A stretch of 64,000 nucleotides of DNA. It comes from Myxococcota bacterium. GTDB taxonomy: Bacteria > Myxococcota_A > UBA796 > CAJQPC01. Under the pieces are notes generated by a model, which saw only the letters and a list, made by a program, of their open reading frames with translations, did not search any database and was not told the origin of the DNA. Location of the stretch: assembly GCA_036229005.1 (NCBI GenBank), contig JAZAMN010000006.1, positions 64,001 to 128,000 of the forward strand, given 5' to 3'. The position numbers and the translations under genes are program-made. Below, piece by piece: positions 37,634-48,616 of this stretch (within the stretch, counting starts at the first letter, position 1; every line of letters begins with the position of its first letter).

Positions 37634-38058
37634 TGCAGCTCCCTGAGCGCGCTCTCGGCCCGGGCCAACACCCGCAGGTGCCTCCGGGACAGGGTGTCCT
37701 GCTCCTGCGCCTGGACCAGCACCGGGATGGCGGCCTGGGACTCCATGAGCACCAGCAGCTCCGAGCAGGGCCGCAGGGTGGCGGGCTCGGCGAGCTGGGT
37801 CAGGCAGGCGGGGACGGCCTCGCGCTCGAGCTCCCCCAGGGTCTGGCGGGCCTCCAGGGACTCCAGGCTGTCGCTGGGCATGCGGTCCAGGGTGCGCAGG
37901 CTGAGTCGGGTCTGGCGGAGCAGCTCGCGGGCGGCGTACTTGCGCTCGGGGCGGGAGCCACCGCGCAGGTCCATGGCCAGCACATCGACCTGGTCGGGGG
38001 GCGGGGCCGCCTGTTGGGGCACGGGACCACCTTGGGCCATCAGCCACAGAGAGAGCAT
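37630..38058 (-). CDS. Hypothetical helical (HEAT-like) exported protein
   Basis: Overlaps coaE start and the upstream stop region; AVPACLTQL, AAIPVLVQA. Confidence 0.55.
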   Translation of the reverse strand: MLSLWLMAQGGPVPQQAAPPPDQVDVLAMDLRGGSRPERKYAARELLRQTRLSLRTLDRMPSDSLESLEARQTLGELEREAVPACLTQLAEPATLRPCSELLVLMESQAAIPVLVQAQEQDTLSRRHLRVLARAESALRELQ

Positions 38059-38061
38059 GGG

Positions 38062-39657
38062 CTACTCGCAGACGCCCGGGTAGCTCTCCCACCAGGCGAG
38101 GGAGACCAGGGGGTCACAGGTGTTGGAGGTGACGTACAGGTCGGGGATTCCGTCGGAGTCGAGGGGGCCGGTGATCCAGCTCAGGCTCCCGCTCCCACCG
38201 CCTGAGCATGCGGCCGCTCCGGAGCTGGTCAGGGAGCTCAGATCCGCAGGCGAGGACGCGTCACCCAGCAACGGCAGGGTCCAGCTCGCCTTGCTGGCGA
38301 ACCCGCCGTCCTGGCCGGCGTAGATCTCCCACCAAGCCAGGGAGACCAGGGCGTCGCAGTCAAAGCGGGGGGCGATGAGGTCCGCCTGGCCGTCCCCCGT
38401 CATGTCGGCGAGCTGCCAGGTCACGGTGCCGCTGCCTCCCTGGCTGCAGGCGACGCTGTCACTGCCTGAGAGGCGGTTGAGAACGGCGGGGTCGGTGTCT
38501 GCGCCGAGCTGGGGGAGGGTCCAGGAGACCGGAGCACCGAAGCCCCCCTCGGAGCCGGGGTACACCCGCCAACTTGCCAGGCCCACCAGCACATCACAGT
38601 CATCCTGGTGGACGACGAGGTCCGGCCAGTCGTCTCCGGTGAGCTCGGTGGTGCTCCAGGCGACCGTGCCCGAGCCGCCGCCTGCGCAGGCGACGGTGTC
38701 CGAGCCGCTCAGGGCCGTGAGCTGGGCGGGGTCGGAGCTCGCTCCCAGGATGGGGATCTCCCAGTCACGGGGCGTGCCGAAGCCGGTCCCGCTGTTCTCG
38801 TAGACCTGCCACTTGACCAGGGACACCAGGGCATCGCAGGAGTCCTGGGGCACGACCAGGTCGACAGCGCCGTCCCCGGTCATGTCCTGCAGCGACCAGC
38901 TCACCGCGCCCGTGCCTCCGCTCTGGCAGGCGACAGACTCGCTCCCTGATGTGTTGATCAGGTAGGCGGGGTCCGTGTCCCCGCCGAGCTGGGGCAGTGA
39001 GAAGCTGCTCTTGTCACCAAAGCCGCTCGCGCTGCCCTGGTACACATGCCACTCGGCCAGGGAGACCAGGGCCTCGCAGGTGTTGCGGTGAACCACGAGG
39101 TCGAGCACGCCGTCCCCGCTCAGGTCCATGGTCGTCCAGGAGACCGTGCCGTTGTCGCTGCCGGTGCACGCGACCGTGTCGCTCCCGGATGCAGCCGTGA
39201 GCGCCGCGGGGTCGCGGCTGGCCCCCAGGATGGGGATGCTCCAGCTCTGCGATGCGGAGGCGAAGCCGCCCTGGGCGCCGTAGTGCACGTTCCACTGGAC
39301 CAGAGAGACCAGGGCGTCGCACTCGTCGCGGGTCACGAGCAGGTCCGGCCAGCGGTCGTCGTTGAGGTCTGTGGTGGTCCAGGACACGGTCCCAGTACCG
39401 CCGGATGCGCAGGTCACGCTGTCGCTGCCGCTCGTGGTGCGTAGCGCCGCGGGGTCCGAATCCGCACCGAGCTGAGGCAGCGCCCACTGCTCCGCCTGCT
39501 GAGCGAAGCCGCCCTGACCGCAAGGAAGGTCGATGTCGGTGTCTGCGTCCGTGTCCGTGTCCGAGTCGCCCTCGGCGGTGCTGTCCACCACGGAGCTGGA
39601 GTCGTCGGTGTTCTGGGCGCTCAGGCCGCACGCGAGGAGCAGAAACAAAGGGAACAT
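38062..39657 (-). CDS. Lipoprotein with six about 80-aa FG-GAP/VCBS-like Cys-containing repeats
   Basis: Lipobox LLAC, DT-repeat linker, six W.LP.LG..DPA.L...SGS....C......W...D..GD...DL.....C..LVSL..W..Y units. Confidence 0.85.
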   Translation of the reverse strand: MFPLFLLLACGLSAQNTDDSSSVVDSTAEGDSDTDTDADTDIDLPCGQGGFAQQAEQWALPQLGADSDPAALRTTSGSDSVTCASGGTGTVSWTTTDLNDDRWPDLLVTRDECDALVSLVQWNVHYGAQGGFASASQSWSIPILGASRDPAALTAASGSDTVACTGSDNGTVSWTTMDLSGDGVLDLVVHRNTCEALVSLAEWHVYQGSASGFGDKSSFSLPQLGGDTDPAYLINTSGSESVACQSGGTGAVSWSLQDMTGDGAVDLVVPQDSCDALVSLVKWQVYENSGTGFGTPRDWEIPILGASSDPAQLTALSGSDTVACAGGGSGTVAWSTTELTGDDWPDLVVHQDDCDVLVGLASWRVYPGSEGGFGAPVSWTLPQLGADTDPAVLNRLSGSDSVACSQGGSGTVTWQLADMTGDGQADLIAPRFDCDALVSLAWWEIYAGQDGGFASKASWTLPLLGDASSPADLSSLTSSGAAACSGGGSGSLSWITGPLDSDGIPDLYVTSNTCDPLVSLAWWESYPGVCE

Positions 39658-39665
39658 CGACACTC

Positions 39666-41447
39666 TCAGTCGTCCATCTTCTCGATGTAGCGGAAGATGG
39701 TCCGGGGGTCGACCTCCAGGTCGCGGGCGGTCTGGGCCTTGTTCCAGTTGTTCAGGTCCAGGATCTCCTTGATGTAGGACTTCTTGAAGTCCTCGGTCGC
39801 CTGGTCCAGGGGCCGCACGTGCCGCTTGTCGGACTCGCTCAGGCCCAGGTCATCGGGCTGCAGCAGGGCCCGGTCCGACATGATCACCGCCTTCTTGATG
39901 CGGTTCTCGAGCTGCCGGACGTTGCCCGGCCAGTAGTAGCCCTTGAGCGCCTTGGTGCCGGAGTTGGTGAAGCCGCGGGCCTTGGAGTTGTACTGGGTCG
40001 CGTAGCGGTTGAGCAGGAACTGCGCGATCTGGACGATGTCCTCGCCGCGGTCCCGCAGCGGGGGGAGTCGGACGGCCACCTCGTTCAGGCGGTAGAACAG
40101 GTCCTCTCTGAAGCGCCCCTCGTCGATCTCCACCTGCAGGTCCTTGTTGGTGGCGGCCACCACGCGGATGTCGATGGGCCGGCCCTTGAACTCGCCGACC
40201 CGCTCGATCACCCGCTCCTGGAGCACCCGCAGGAGCTTGACCTGCAGGTTCATGGGCATCTCGCCGATCTCGTCCAGGAAGAGCGTGCCGCCGTCCGCGG
40301 CCTCGAACTTCCCGATCTTGTCCTGCACCGCCCCGGTGAAGCTGCCCTTTTTGTGTCCAAAGAGCTCGGACTCCAGCAGGTGCTCGGGGATCGCCCCACA
40401 GTTGATGGAGATGAAGGGCTTGCCCTTGCGGTCGCTCAGCCGGTGGAGCTCATGGGCGACCAGCTCCTTGCCCGTGCCGGTCTCGCCGAGCACCAGCACC
40501 GAAATGTCCGTGGGGGCCACCCGACGCAGCACCTTGAACACGGACTTCATCTCCGCGCAGGTGCCGATCATCTCGCCCTGAGAGGCCGATCGGAGCTGGT
40601 CCCGCAGGTTCCGGTTGTCTGCCTTGAGCTCGTTGAGCATCAGGGCGTTGTGCACGATCATGGACGCCTGGGAGGCGAACACCTGGAGCAGCTCGAGCTG
40701 CGGCGCGGTGAACAGGTTCGCGATGGAGTCGTTGCCCAGGTAGAGCACCCCCAACAGATCATCGCGGTAGAGCAGTGGCGCACAGATCACGCTCGAGAGC
40801 CGAAGATCAACCACGGACTTTGCCTGTCCGAAGCGCTGGTCCTGGAGCGCGTCCGACACAATCAGCGGCTGCCGCGACTCCACCACGCGATCCACGATGG
40901 AGTCGGACACGCGGGACAGATCCAGGGTCTCCTTGCCCACGTTGTGGCTGGCCGCCAGGTGGCGCTCGCCATCCTTGAAGTAGATGACAAAGCCCTTCTC
41001 GGCCTGGGTGGTCTCGACCACCGCCTCCAGCAGCGCGTTGAAGAGCTGCTCGGGGGAGCCCTTGGACATCAGCCGCTTGGAGAACTCCACCAGGCGGGAC
41101 ATGGCCCCGACCTCGGCCTTGGGGGCGGCCCCGCTCTCGGTGCTCTCGGGGGCCTTGGGCTCACCGTCGTGCAGGGTGAGCTCAAAGCGCCCGATCTGAA
41201 CGGTGTCCCCGACAGCGAGGTCAACACTGCGCGCCCGACGACCCCGCACGAAGATCAGCTTGTCCCGGCTCAGAGCGCTGACCGTGACGTGGCCGGACTT
41301 CTTGAGCAGGTTCGCGTGCGTGGGGGCCACGCCTGGGTCCTTGAGGACCAGGTCGTTTCCCGGCGCGCGGCCGATGGTGACGAGTGGCTTTCGCAGCACC
41401 AGGTCGGTGTGCGCGCCGTTTGCGGGGTCTTGGCAGCGGATGAACAT
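39666..41447 (-). CDS. Sigma54-dependent activator, FHA-GAF-AAA+-HTH
   Basis: IGRAPGNDL, SVICAPL, GETGTGKE, ESELFGH..GSFTGA, FLDEIGE, WPGNVRQLEN, C-terminal HTH. Confidence 0.95.
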   Translation of the reverse strand: MFIRCQDPANGAHTDLVLRKPLVTIGRAPGNDLVLKDPGVAPTHANLLKKSGHVTVSALSRDKLIFVRGRRARSVDLAVGDTVQIGRFELTLHDGEPKAPESTESGAAPKAEVGAMSRLVEFSKRLMSKGSPEQLFNALLEAVVETTQAEKGFVIYFKDGERHLAASHNVGKETLDLSRVSDSIVDRVVESRQPLIVSDALQDQRFGQAKSVVDLRLSSVICAPLLYRDDLLGVLYLGNDSIANLFTAPQLELLQVFASQASMIVHNALMLNELKADNRNLRDQLRSASQGEMIGTCAEMKSVFKVLRRVAPTDISVLVLGETGTGKELVAHELHRLSDRKGKPFISINCGAIPEHLLESELFGHKKGSFTGAVQDKIGKFEAADGGTLFLDEIGEMPMNLQVKLLRVLQERVIERVGEFKGRPIDIRVVAATNKDLQVEIDEGRFREDLFYRLNEVAVRLPPLRDRGEDIVQIAQFLLNRYATQYNSKARGFTNSGTKALKGYYWPGNVRQLENRIKKAVIMSDRALLQPDDLGLSESDKRHVRPLDQATEDFKKSYIKEILDLNNWNKAQTARDLEVDPRTIFRYIEKMDD

Positions 41448-42291
41448 GGCGGGGGGAGGGTAACCCGCCGCGATGCCCAGGGGGCCGCCCGCAACAGCGG
41501 AGCTGTACTCGCAGATGAACGGCCGCCCCACCGGGCATCGGCGCGAGGGCGAAGCTGGCCGGCGAGGGGCTGCGGAGCACAGCTCTGCCACCCAGTACAG
41601 TGCCCGCGTGGAGGGCGATCCCGGCGCTCGCCACCAGGAACTGCGTGGTCTTCACGCGCTGCGCCAGCGGCACCTGGGACTCCGGCAGATCGATCCCCCA
41701 GACATCGGGGAGCTGGTCCTGGCTGACCAGCCAGCGGCGCATCGCGAAGGTCCCGCCTGCGGTGAGGGCCACCCCCGATGCGGTCATCACAGCGAGTCCC
41801 CGGTGTCCGTTGTGCCACTGGCTGCTGCCGGGCAGGCTCAGCGCGAGCCAGAGGGGCAGCGGGGTGCCCAGATCCAGGTCTGGCGGCGGGTCCAGCGGGG
41901 TCGTGGGCTGCTTGAGCTCAGCGCGCGTGGCCTCGAAGAACGCGACAACCTCGGGGGGGTGGGCGAAGTCGTCCATCCGGTAGCCAGGCTCGTACAGGAG
42001 GACGGTCCTGAAGGTGCTCCGAGCGGCCTCGCGCTCCCCGATCATGTATTCGACCTCCCCCAACCAGATGCGCGCCTCCTGCAGCTCTTCGGGGCTCAGA
42101 TCCGGATCGCGGACCAAGCGCAGCAGCAGGGTGCGGGCGTGGGGGAGATCGCCCCCGATGTAGGCGCTGGTCGCCTCGTTCAGGAGGGCCTCGAAGCCGC
42201 CCTGCTGCTCCGAATCCGGGGTCGGATCCGCCTCCTGCGCCGCAGCGGAGGGCGAGAGGCCTAAGGTGAGCGTCAGGAGGAGGGGGAGCAC
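41221..42291 (-). CDS. Exported TPR protein with hydrophobic C-terminal half (true end probably near 41494)
   Basis: Signal peptide, TPR helices, HPPEVVAFFE, LPG..QW.NG, LAPMPGGAAVHLRVQL. Confidence 0.7.
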   Translation of the reverse strand: MLPLLLTLTLGLSPSAAAQEADPTPDSEQQGGFEALLNEATSAYIGGDLPHARTLLLRLVRDPDLSPEELQEARIWLGEVEYMIGEREAARSTFRTVLLYEPGYRMDDFAHPPEVVAFFEATRAELKQPTTPLDPPPDLDLGTPLPLWLALSLPGSSQWHNGHRGLAVMTASGVALTAGGTFAMRRWLVSQDQLPDVWGIDLPESQVPLAQRVKTTQFLVASAGIALHAGTVLGGRAVLRSPSPASFALAPMPGGAAVHLRVQLRCCGRPPGHRGGLPSPRHVHPLPRPRKRRAHRPGAAKATRHHRPRAGKRPGPQGPRRGPHAREPAQEVRPRHGQRSEPGQADLRAGSSGAQC

Positions 42292-42422
42292 GGCGGGAGG
42301 GTAGCCCCGGGCGTTGTGGGGATCAAACCGCACACAGGGCTTGGTGGATTTGGAATCTGTGTTACCCCTGGGGCCGTGGGGGTCATCCAACACAATTGAA
42401 ATCCCGAGCGGAGAAATCAAAG

Positions 42423-43415
42423 ATGAAGCGATTGGAAGACCAGGACTGGTGGCAAGAGCTGCTGTCGGTCAAAGACGAGATGTCGCTGCGGGAGCTGGCC
42501 GCCAGGTTCGGCTCGACTCCCGGTTCCATCAACAAGGCCCTCAAGCGCAACGGCATCGAGCGCAAGCACGCGCCCTCCGGTCCCCGGAACAGCCGCAGCA
42601 GCGAGGACTCCGCTCCCTCCGACGCCTCTGAGAGCGCCAACGCTGTCGAGGGCACCGAGGCCTCCGCGCCCGTGACCGAGGCCGCCCCCAAGGCGCCCAA
42701 GGCCCCCAAGAAGAAGAAGGCCAAGGCCGCCAAGAAGAGCAAGAAGAAGGGCGCCACGGGGCTGCGCGCGGGCACCGCCGCCAAGCTCGAGCCCTACATG
42801 GATCAACTGGGTGAGGTCGCCGACGCCGAGGTCGCTTCCCTGGCTGGCGTGAGCGTCCAGACCGTCGCGCGCATCCGCAAGGCCAAGGGCATCAAGCCCC
42901 GCCGGGGTCGCAAGGCCAGCAAGAGCGCCAACACGCCTCGGCGCCGCCCGGGCCGTCCCAGCAAGATCACCCCCTTCGAGCACCTGCTGGGTCAGGTCCC
43001 GGACGAGGAGGTCGCCAAGAAGGCCAAGGTCTCCCTCAACGCTGTTCGAAACTACCGTCGTCGCCACGGTCTGGGATCCGAGACCCGCGCCGCTGCGCCC
43101 GCTGCGCCCCCCGTCGCGAAGACCCCCGTCACTGAGACCCCCGTCGCTGAGGCTCCCGTGAAGGCTGCTGCCCCCGCTGTTGAGCTCGCCGAGTCTGTCG
43201 CCGAGTCCATCACCCCCGCCAAGGCCCCCGGCAAGACCTCGGAGGCCAACCCCAACGTGGCCGCTGCCCTCTCCGGTCAGCGCGCCTACCGGGTCAAGGT
43301 CGGAGACCGCACCGCGATCGTGGTCGGCTCCAACCTGGTCGAGGCCGCCCGCAAGGCGGTCGAGAGCGGCTCCGAGGTCAGCTCCATCGAGCTGCTGGGA
43401 GAGATCCTGGCCTGA
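42423..43415 (+). CDS. Lys/Ala/Pro-rich protein with three HTH-like modules (candidate nucleoid-associated protein)
   Basis: SLRELAARFG, LGEVADAEVASLAGVS..TV..R, LGQVPDEEVAKKAKVS..AV..YR; KKKKAKAAKKSKKK. Confidence 0.75.
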   Translation: MKRLEDQDWWQELLSVKDEMSLRELAARFGSTPGSINKALKRNGIERKHAPSGPRNSRSSEDSAPSDASESANAVEGTEASAPVTEAAPKAPKAPKKKKAKAAKKSKKKGATGLRAGTAAKLEPYMDQLGEVADAEVASLAGVSVQTVARIRKAKGIKPRRGRKASKSANTPRRRPGRPSKITPFEHLLGQVPDEEVAKKAKVSLNAVRNYRRRHGLGSETRAAAPAAPPVAKTPVTETPVAEAPVKAAAPAVELAESVAESITPAKAPGKTSEANPNVAAALSGQRAYRVKVGDRTAIVVGSNLVEAARKAVESGSEVSSIELLGEILA

Positions 43416-43440
43416 GCCGGATCGATCCACACCGCACTGG

Positions 43441-43473
43441 ACGCCTCTCAGCCACCGGGTTGGGAGGCGTTCT
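43441..43473 (+). terminator. Hairpin between convergent genes
   Basis: ACGCCTCTCAGCC-ACCG-GGTTGGGAGGCGT. Confidence 0.65.
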
Positions 43474-43509
43474 GCGTTTCGGCGAGGACACCGGGATGCA
43501 GGCCGCGGC

Positions 43510-44991
43510 CTACTCCTCCAGGGCGATGGCCTCGGACACGCGCACCTGGAACCAGCCCTCGTCGTCGGTCACCGTCTGCGCCCAGAGCTTGTCTTCGGCG
43601 TCGCGGACGTCGACCACGGAGTAGGGGACCGGCTCGCCCTCCAGGAGCACCACGCCGCTGAGCTGAACGCCAGCGTCCAGCAGCACCTGCTCCGCCTCGA
43701 TCATCTCCTGCGCGGTCATGGCCTTGAAGGTGGTCGCCGCCTGGGTGCCCAGGTCCGGGGTGAAGGTCCACTCCAACTGGCCGTCGGACACCGGGAGCAG
43801 GAAGCTGCCATCGGGGCCGCTCGTGGTCTCGTAGACCCGCTGATCGAAGCCCACCTCCTGGGCGCGCACCAGGGTCCCTGGGGCCAGGCCGTTCTCCGTC
43901 GAGACCGTGGCTTCGACCAGCGTGAGGGGCTCCAGGGTCTGGGTGGGCAGTGTCGAGGTGCCAGAGACCTGGACATCGACCACCTCGGCGGAGCTCGCGT
44001 CGTCTCCATAGGGCGGCAGGTACTCGACCAGGTAGCTGCCGGGCAGCAGCCGGGCGATGTAGAGCCCGCTGCCGTTGGTGGTGGTCTCCACGGTGTGGGA
44101 GCCCTCGGGCAGCCCCTCCAGGCTCAGCGAGGTGAAGCGCACCTCGACCCCGGAGTAGGGCCGCGAGTCCGCGTCGCGGACCTCCCCCTGAGCGACCACC
44201 TGGGCGATCTCGGGGAGCTCGAAGTCCTCCTGCAGGCCGCTGGCGTCTTCGGCGCCGACCGTGATGGCCCGCTGGATGAGCGGGAAGTCCGGGTCGTCCG
44301 GGTCGTAGAGCTCCAGCAGGTAGTCCCCGGGGTAGGCCCGGAGCATGTAGAAGCCGTCCTCGACGGGCCGCTCGGGCCCGGAGATGCCGCTGGCGCTGTG
44401 GGTCAGCCGGACCACGCCCTGGTCCAGGCCGGAGAGCCCACCGGTGTCCTCGCTTGCGGGCAGGGTGACCGATCCCCAGACGGGCAGGCCAAAGTCCAGA
44501 TAGGTGGAGAAGTCCTGGTCCGTGAACAGATCCTCTCCTCCCGTGACCAGGAAGGGCAGCAGGGAAGGGGTGCTGGGGATGAGCGCCACGGTGTAGCCCT
44601 CGGAGGGGACCACCTGTGCGGAGAAGGCGCCGCGCTCGTCGGTCTGGACGACGCGTCCCATGGGGGTGCCGGGGACCAGGGCCTGGAAGAAGCCCTCGAC
44701 CGCGCCGTCCTGGCCGGGGACCGAGATGGCGGTGGGGTTGGCCTGGAAGCCCGTGAGCTGACCGCTGACCGTCACGGGGACGCCGAGCTGGAGGGTCGTG
44801 CTCCAGGCCGAGTCGGAGTCGAAGGACACGTCAAAGAAGGACTGGGGCAGGGACTCGTCGGAGGACGAGGGCCACACGTCCAGGCGCACCAGGTAGTCGC
44901 GGGGCTCGAACTCGGCGCCGCCGGCGTCCGACTCCGCCAGGGAGTTCTCCATGCTCATGCAGCCCAAGAGGCTGAGCATCAGAAGGCTCAT
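43510..44991 (-). CDS. Lipoprotein with carboxypeptidase-regulatory-like (prealbumin-fold) repeats
   Basis: Lipobox LLGC; repeated G.V.D..G.P..G..V and TD..G.F, LLPGSY. Confidence 0.8.
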   Translation of the reverse strand: MSLLMLSLLGCMSMENSLAESDAGGAEFEPRDYLVRLDVWPSSSDESLPQSFFDVSFDSDSAWSTTLQLGVPVTVSGQLTGFQANPTAISVPGQDGAVEGFFQALVPGTPMGRVVQTDERGAFSAQVVPSEGYTVALIPSTPSLLPFLVTGGEDLFTDQDFSTYLDFGLPVWGSVTLPASEDTGGLSGLDQGVVRLTHSASGISGPERPVEDGFYMLRAYPGDYLLELYDPDDPDFPLIQRAITVGAEDASGLQEDFELPEIAQVVAQGEVRDADSRPYSGVEVRFTSLSLEGLPEGSHTVETTTNGSGLYIARLLPGSYLVEYLPPYGDDASSAEVVDVQVSGTSTLPTQTLEPLTLVEATVSTENGLAPGTLVRAQEVGFDQRVYETTSGPDGSFLLPVSDGQLEWTFTPDLGTQAATTFKAMTAQEMIEAEQVLLDAGVQLSGVVLLEGEPVPYSVVDVRDAEDKLWAQTVTDDEGWFQVRVSEAIALEE

Positions 44992-45371
44992 CGCAACACC
45001 TCCAGTTGCCAGAAGACGCTGGTGTACTGCTGCTCGCGGTCGATCGCCGTCAGGGTGAGGCGCTGCCCGTCCAGGTCGGGATCGGCCTCCAGGAACACCT
45101 GGGTGGCGCCGGGGGAGACTGTCTTGGCGTTCTCGACCCAGCCGTCCTCGGACAGCACCCACTCGTAGCGCAAGGTCTCGGGGTCCTCGTCGCTCATGAT
45201 GACGAACACGTTCGTGGACTGCTCGATCACCATGGTGGCGTTTACCGGTTCCTTGTTGCTGGAGATGAAGACGGGGGGCATGTCTTCCTCAATCGGGTTG
45301 ATCGGGCCGAAGTAGCAGCCACTCAACCCCGTGAGGATGCAAAGAGCGGGCCAGAGGCCCAGGATCCCCAC
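44988..45371 (-). CDS. Small lipoprotein with a single Ig-like domain
   Basis: Lipobox LSGC; DEDPETLRYEW; stop overlaps next start. Confidence 0.7.
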   Translation of the reverse strand: MGILGLWPALCILTGLSGCYFGPINPIEEDMPPVFISSNKEPVNATMVIEQSTNVFVIMSDEDPETLRYEWVLSEDGWVENAKTVSPGATQVFLEADPDLDGQRLTLTAIDREQQYTSVFWQLEVLR

Positions 45372-45448
45372 CCCGTCGGGCTTCCTTGTCTGCGTCCCCC
45401 CACCGGGAGGCTGAAAAGACGACAGCACTGTCGCGGCTCCCAGGGTGC

Positions 45449-47308
<1,860 letters not shown>

Positions 47309-47330
47309 CGCATGCCTTCCGGAGCCCAGT

Positions 47331-47723
47331 CTATCCCCGCGGGCCGCTGTCTGGGGAGGCTGTACGCAGAGCCTCCAGGGCGGGGTGGTCCGCGGGGGGC
47401 ATGTCGTGTGGCTGGATTTCGGCCAGGTGGAACCACCTCAGGGCCTGGTGCTCCAGGGCCTTTGGGCTGCCGTGGAGGGCGCAGCGATAGCACCACAGGG
47501 CGATGCGCTCGGTCTCTCCGACGGCCACCAGCTCCCCGACGGTCGCGTCCACACCGAGCTCTTCGCGCAGCTCTCGGGCCAGCGCCTGGGCGTCGGACTC
47601 GCCGGACTCCACCTTGCCGCCGGGGAACTCCCAGAGGCCCCCGTGGGCGCCGCCAGGGGCGCGCTGAGCGAGCAGGAGGCGGTCTCCGTCCAGGACCACC
47701 GCGCCGACCACGCGCAGCCTCAA
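47331..47723 (-). CDS. NUDIX hydrolase (MutT/NudG-like)
   Basis: WEFPGGKVESGESDAQALARELREELG. Confidence 0.93.
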   Translation of the reverse strand: MRLRVVGAVVLDGDRLLLAQRAPGGAHGGLWEFPGGKVESGESDAQALARELREELGVDATVGELVAVGETERIALWCYRCALHGSPKALEHQALRWFHLAEIQPHDMPPADHPALEALRTASPDSGPRG

Positions 47724-48565
47724 AGCTGACCGGCCTCACCCGAGGTCCGCTGCAAGCCGCGCTCCCCGAGGATCGACATGATGGTGCCCGCGGTCTCCTC
47801 GACCGCCTTGTTGGTGACGTCGATCACCGGCCACTCCCGGTTCCGGGAGTAGAGGTCGTGGGCGTAGTCGAGCTCGGCCAGGATGTAGTCCATGTCGCCG
47901 TAGTTGATCCGGTCCTGCAGCCGCATCTGCTCCAGGCGGCGGTGTCGGATCTGCTCCAGGTTGGAGGGGTCGATGGTCAGGGCGAACACCCGCAGGGGAT
48001 CGACCTCCCACAGCGTCTCCGGCGGGTCCCGGTCCAGCACCAGCGGGACGTTCCCGACGCGGTAGCCCTTGTGGGCCAGGAACACGCTCAGGGGGGTCTT
48101 GGAGGTGCGGGAGATGCCCACCAGCACGATGTCGGCCTGCAGGAGCATGCGGGGCTCCTTGCCGTCGTCCGCCTTGACCGTGAACTCCACCGCGGCGATG
48201 CGCCGGAAGTAGCTCGCGTCCGCCTGGTGCATCAGGCCAGCGGTCTCCTTTGGGGGCATGCGCAGGTAGTCCGAGAGGCTGCCCAGCATGTTGCCGACCA
48301 CGTCCACCCAGCGCAGCTTGAAGCGGCGGGCCAGGCGCTGCGCGTGGGCGCGGTGCTGGGCCTTGACCAGGGTGGTGACGACGAAGGCCTCGTGGTCCCG
48401 GGCCAGCTCGAACACCCGCTCGAGCTGCTCCGGCGAGCTGATGTGGGGGAAGGTCTGGGGCTGCACTTGCGCGTCGGCGAACTGCAGCAGGCACGCGCGC
48501 ACGACCTTCTCGGCGGTGTCTCCGGTTCCGTCGGAGATGATGAAGAGGGGGCGGCGCTTGGACAT
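47720..48565 (-). CDS. ppsR: PEP synthase / pyruvate phosphate dikinase regulatory kinase-pyrophosphorylase (DUF299)
   Basis: ISDGTGDTAE, YFRRIAAVEF...DDG, GISRTSKTP, DVTNKAVEETA. Confidence 0.93.
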   Translation of the reverse strand: MSKRRPLFIISDGTGDTAEKVVRACLLQFADAQVQPQTFPHISSPEQLERVFELARDHEAFVVTTLVKAQHRAHAQRLARRFKLRWVDVVGNMLGSLSDYLRMPPKETAGLMHQADASYFRRIAAVEFTVKADDGKEPRMLLQADIVLVGISRTSKTPLSVFLAHKGYRVGNVPLVLDRDPPETLWEVDPLRVFALTIDPSNLEQIRHRRLEQMRLQDRINYGDMDYILAELDYAHDLYSRNREWPVIDVTNKAVEETAGTIMSILGERGLQRTSGEAGQL

Positions 48566-48616
48566 CGCCTCCTTTCTAGCACGCCCTTGGAGCAGGCGCC
48601 CGGGTAGCATCCGGGC

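Noticed and set aside
39535..39570. Hexamer microsatellite
   Set aside because: Degenerate codons of a DT/DA linker, not a perfect phase-variable tract
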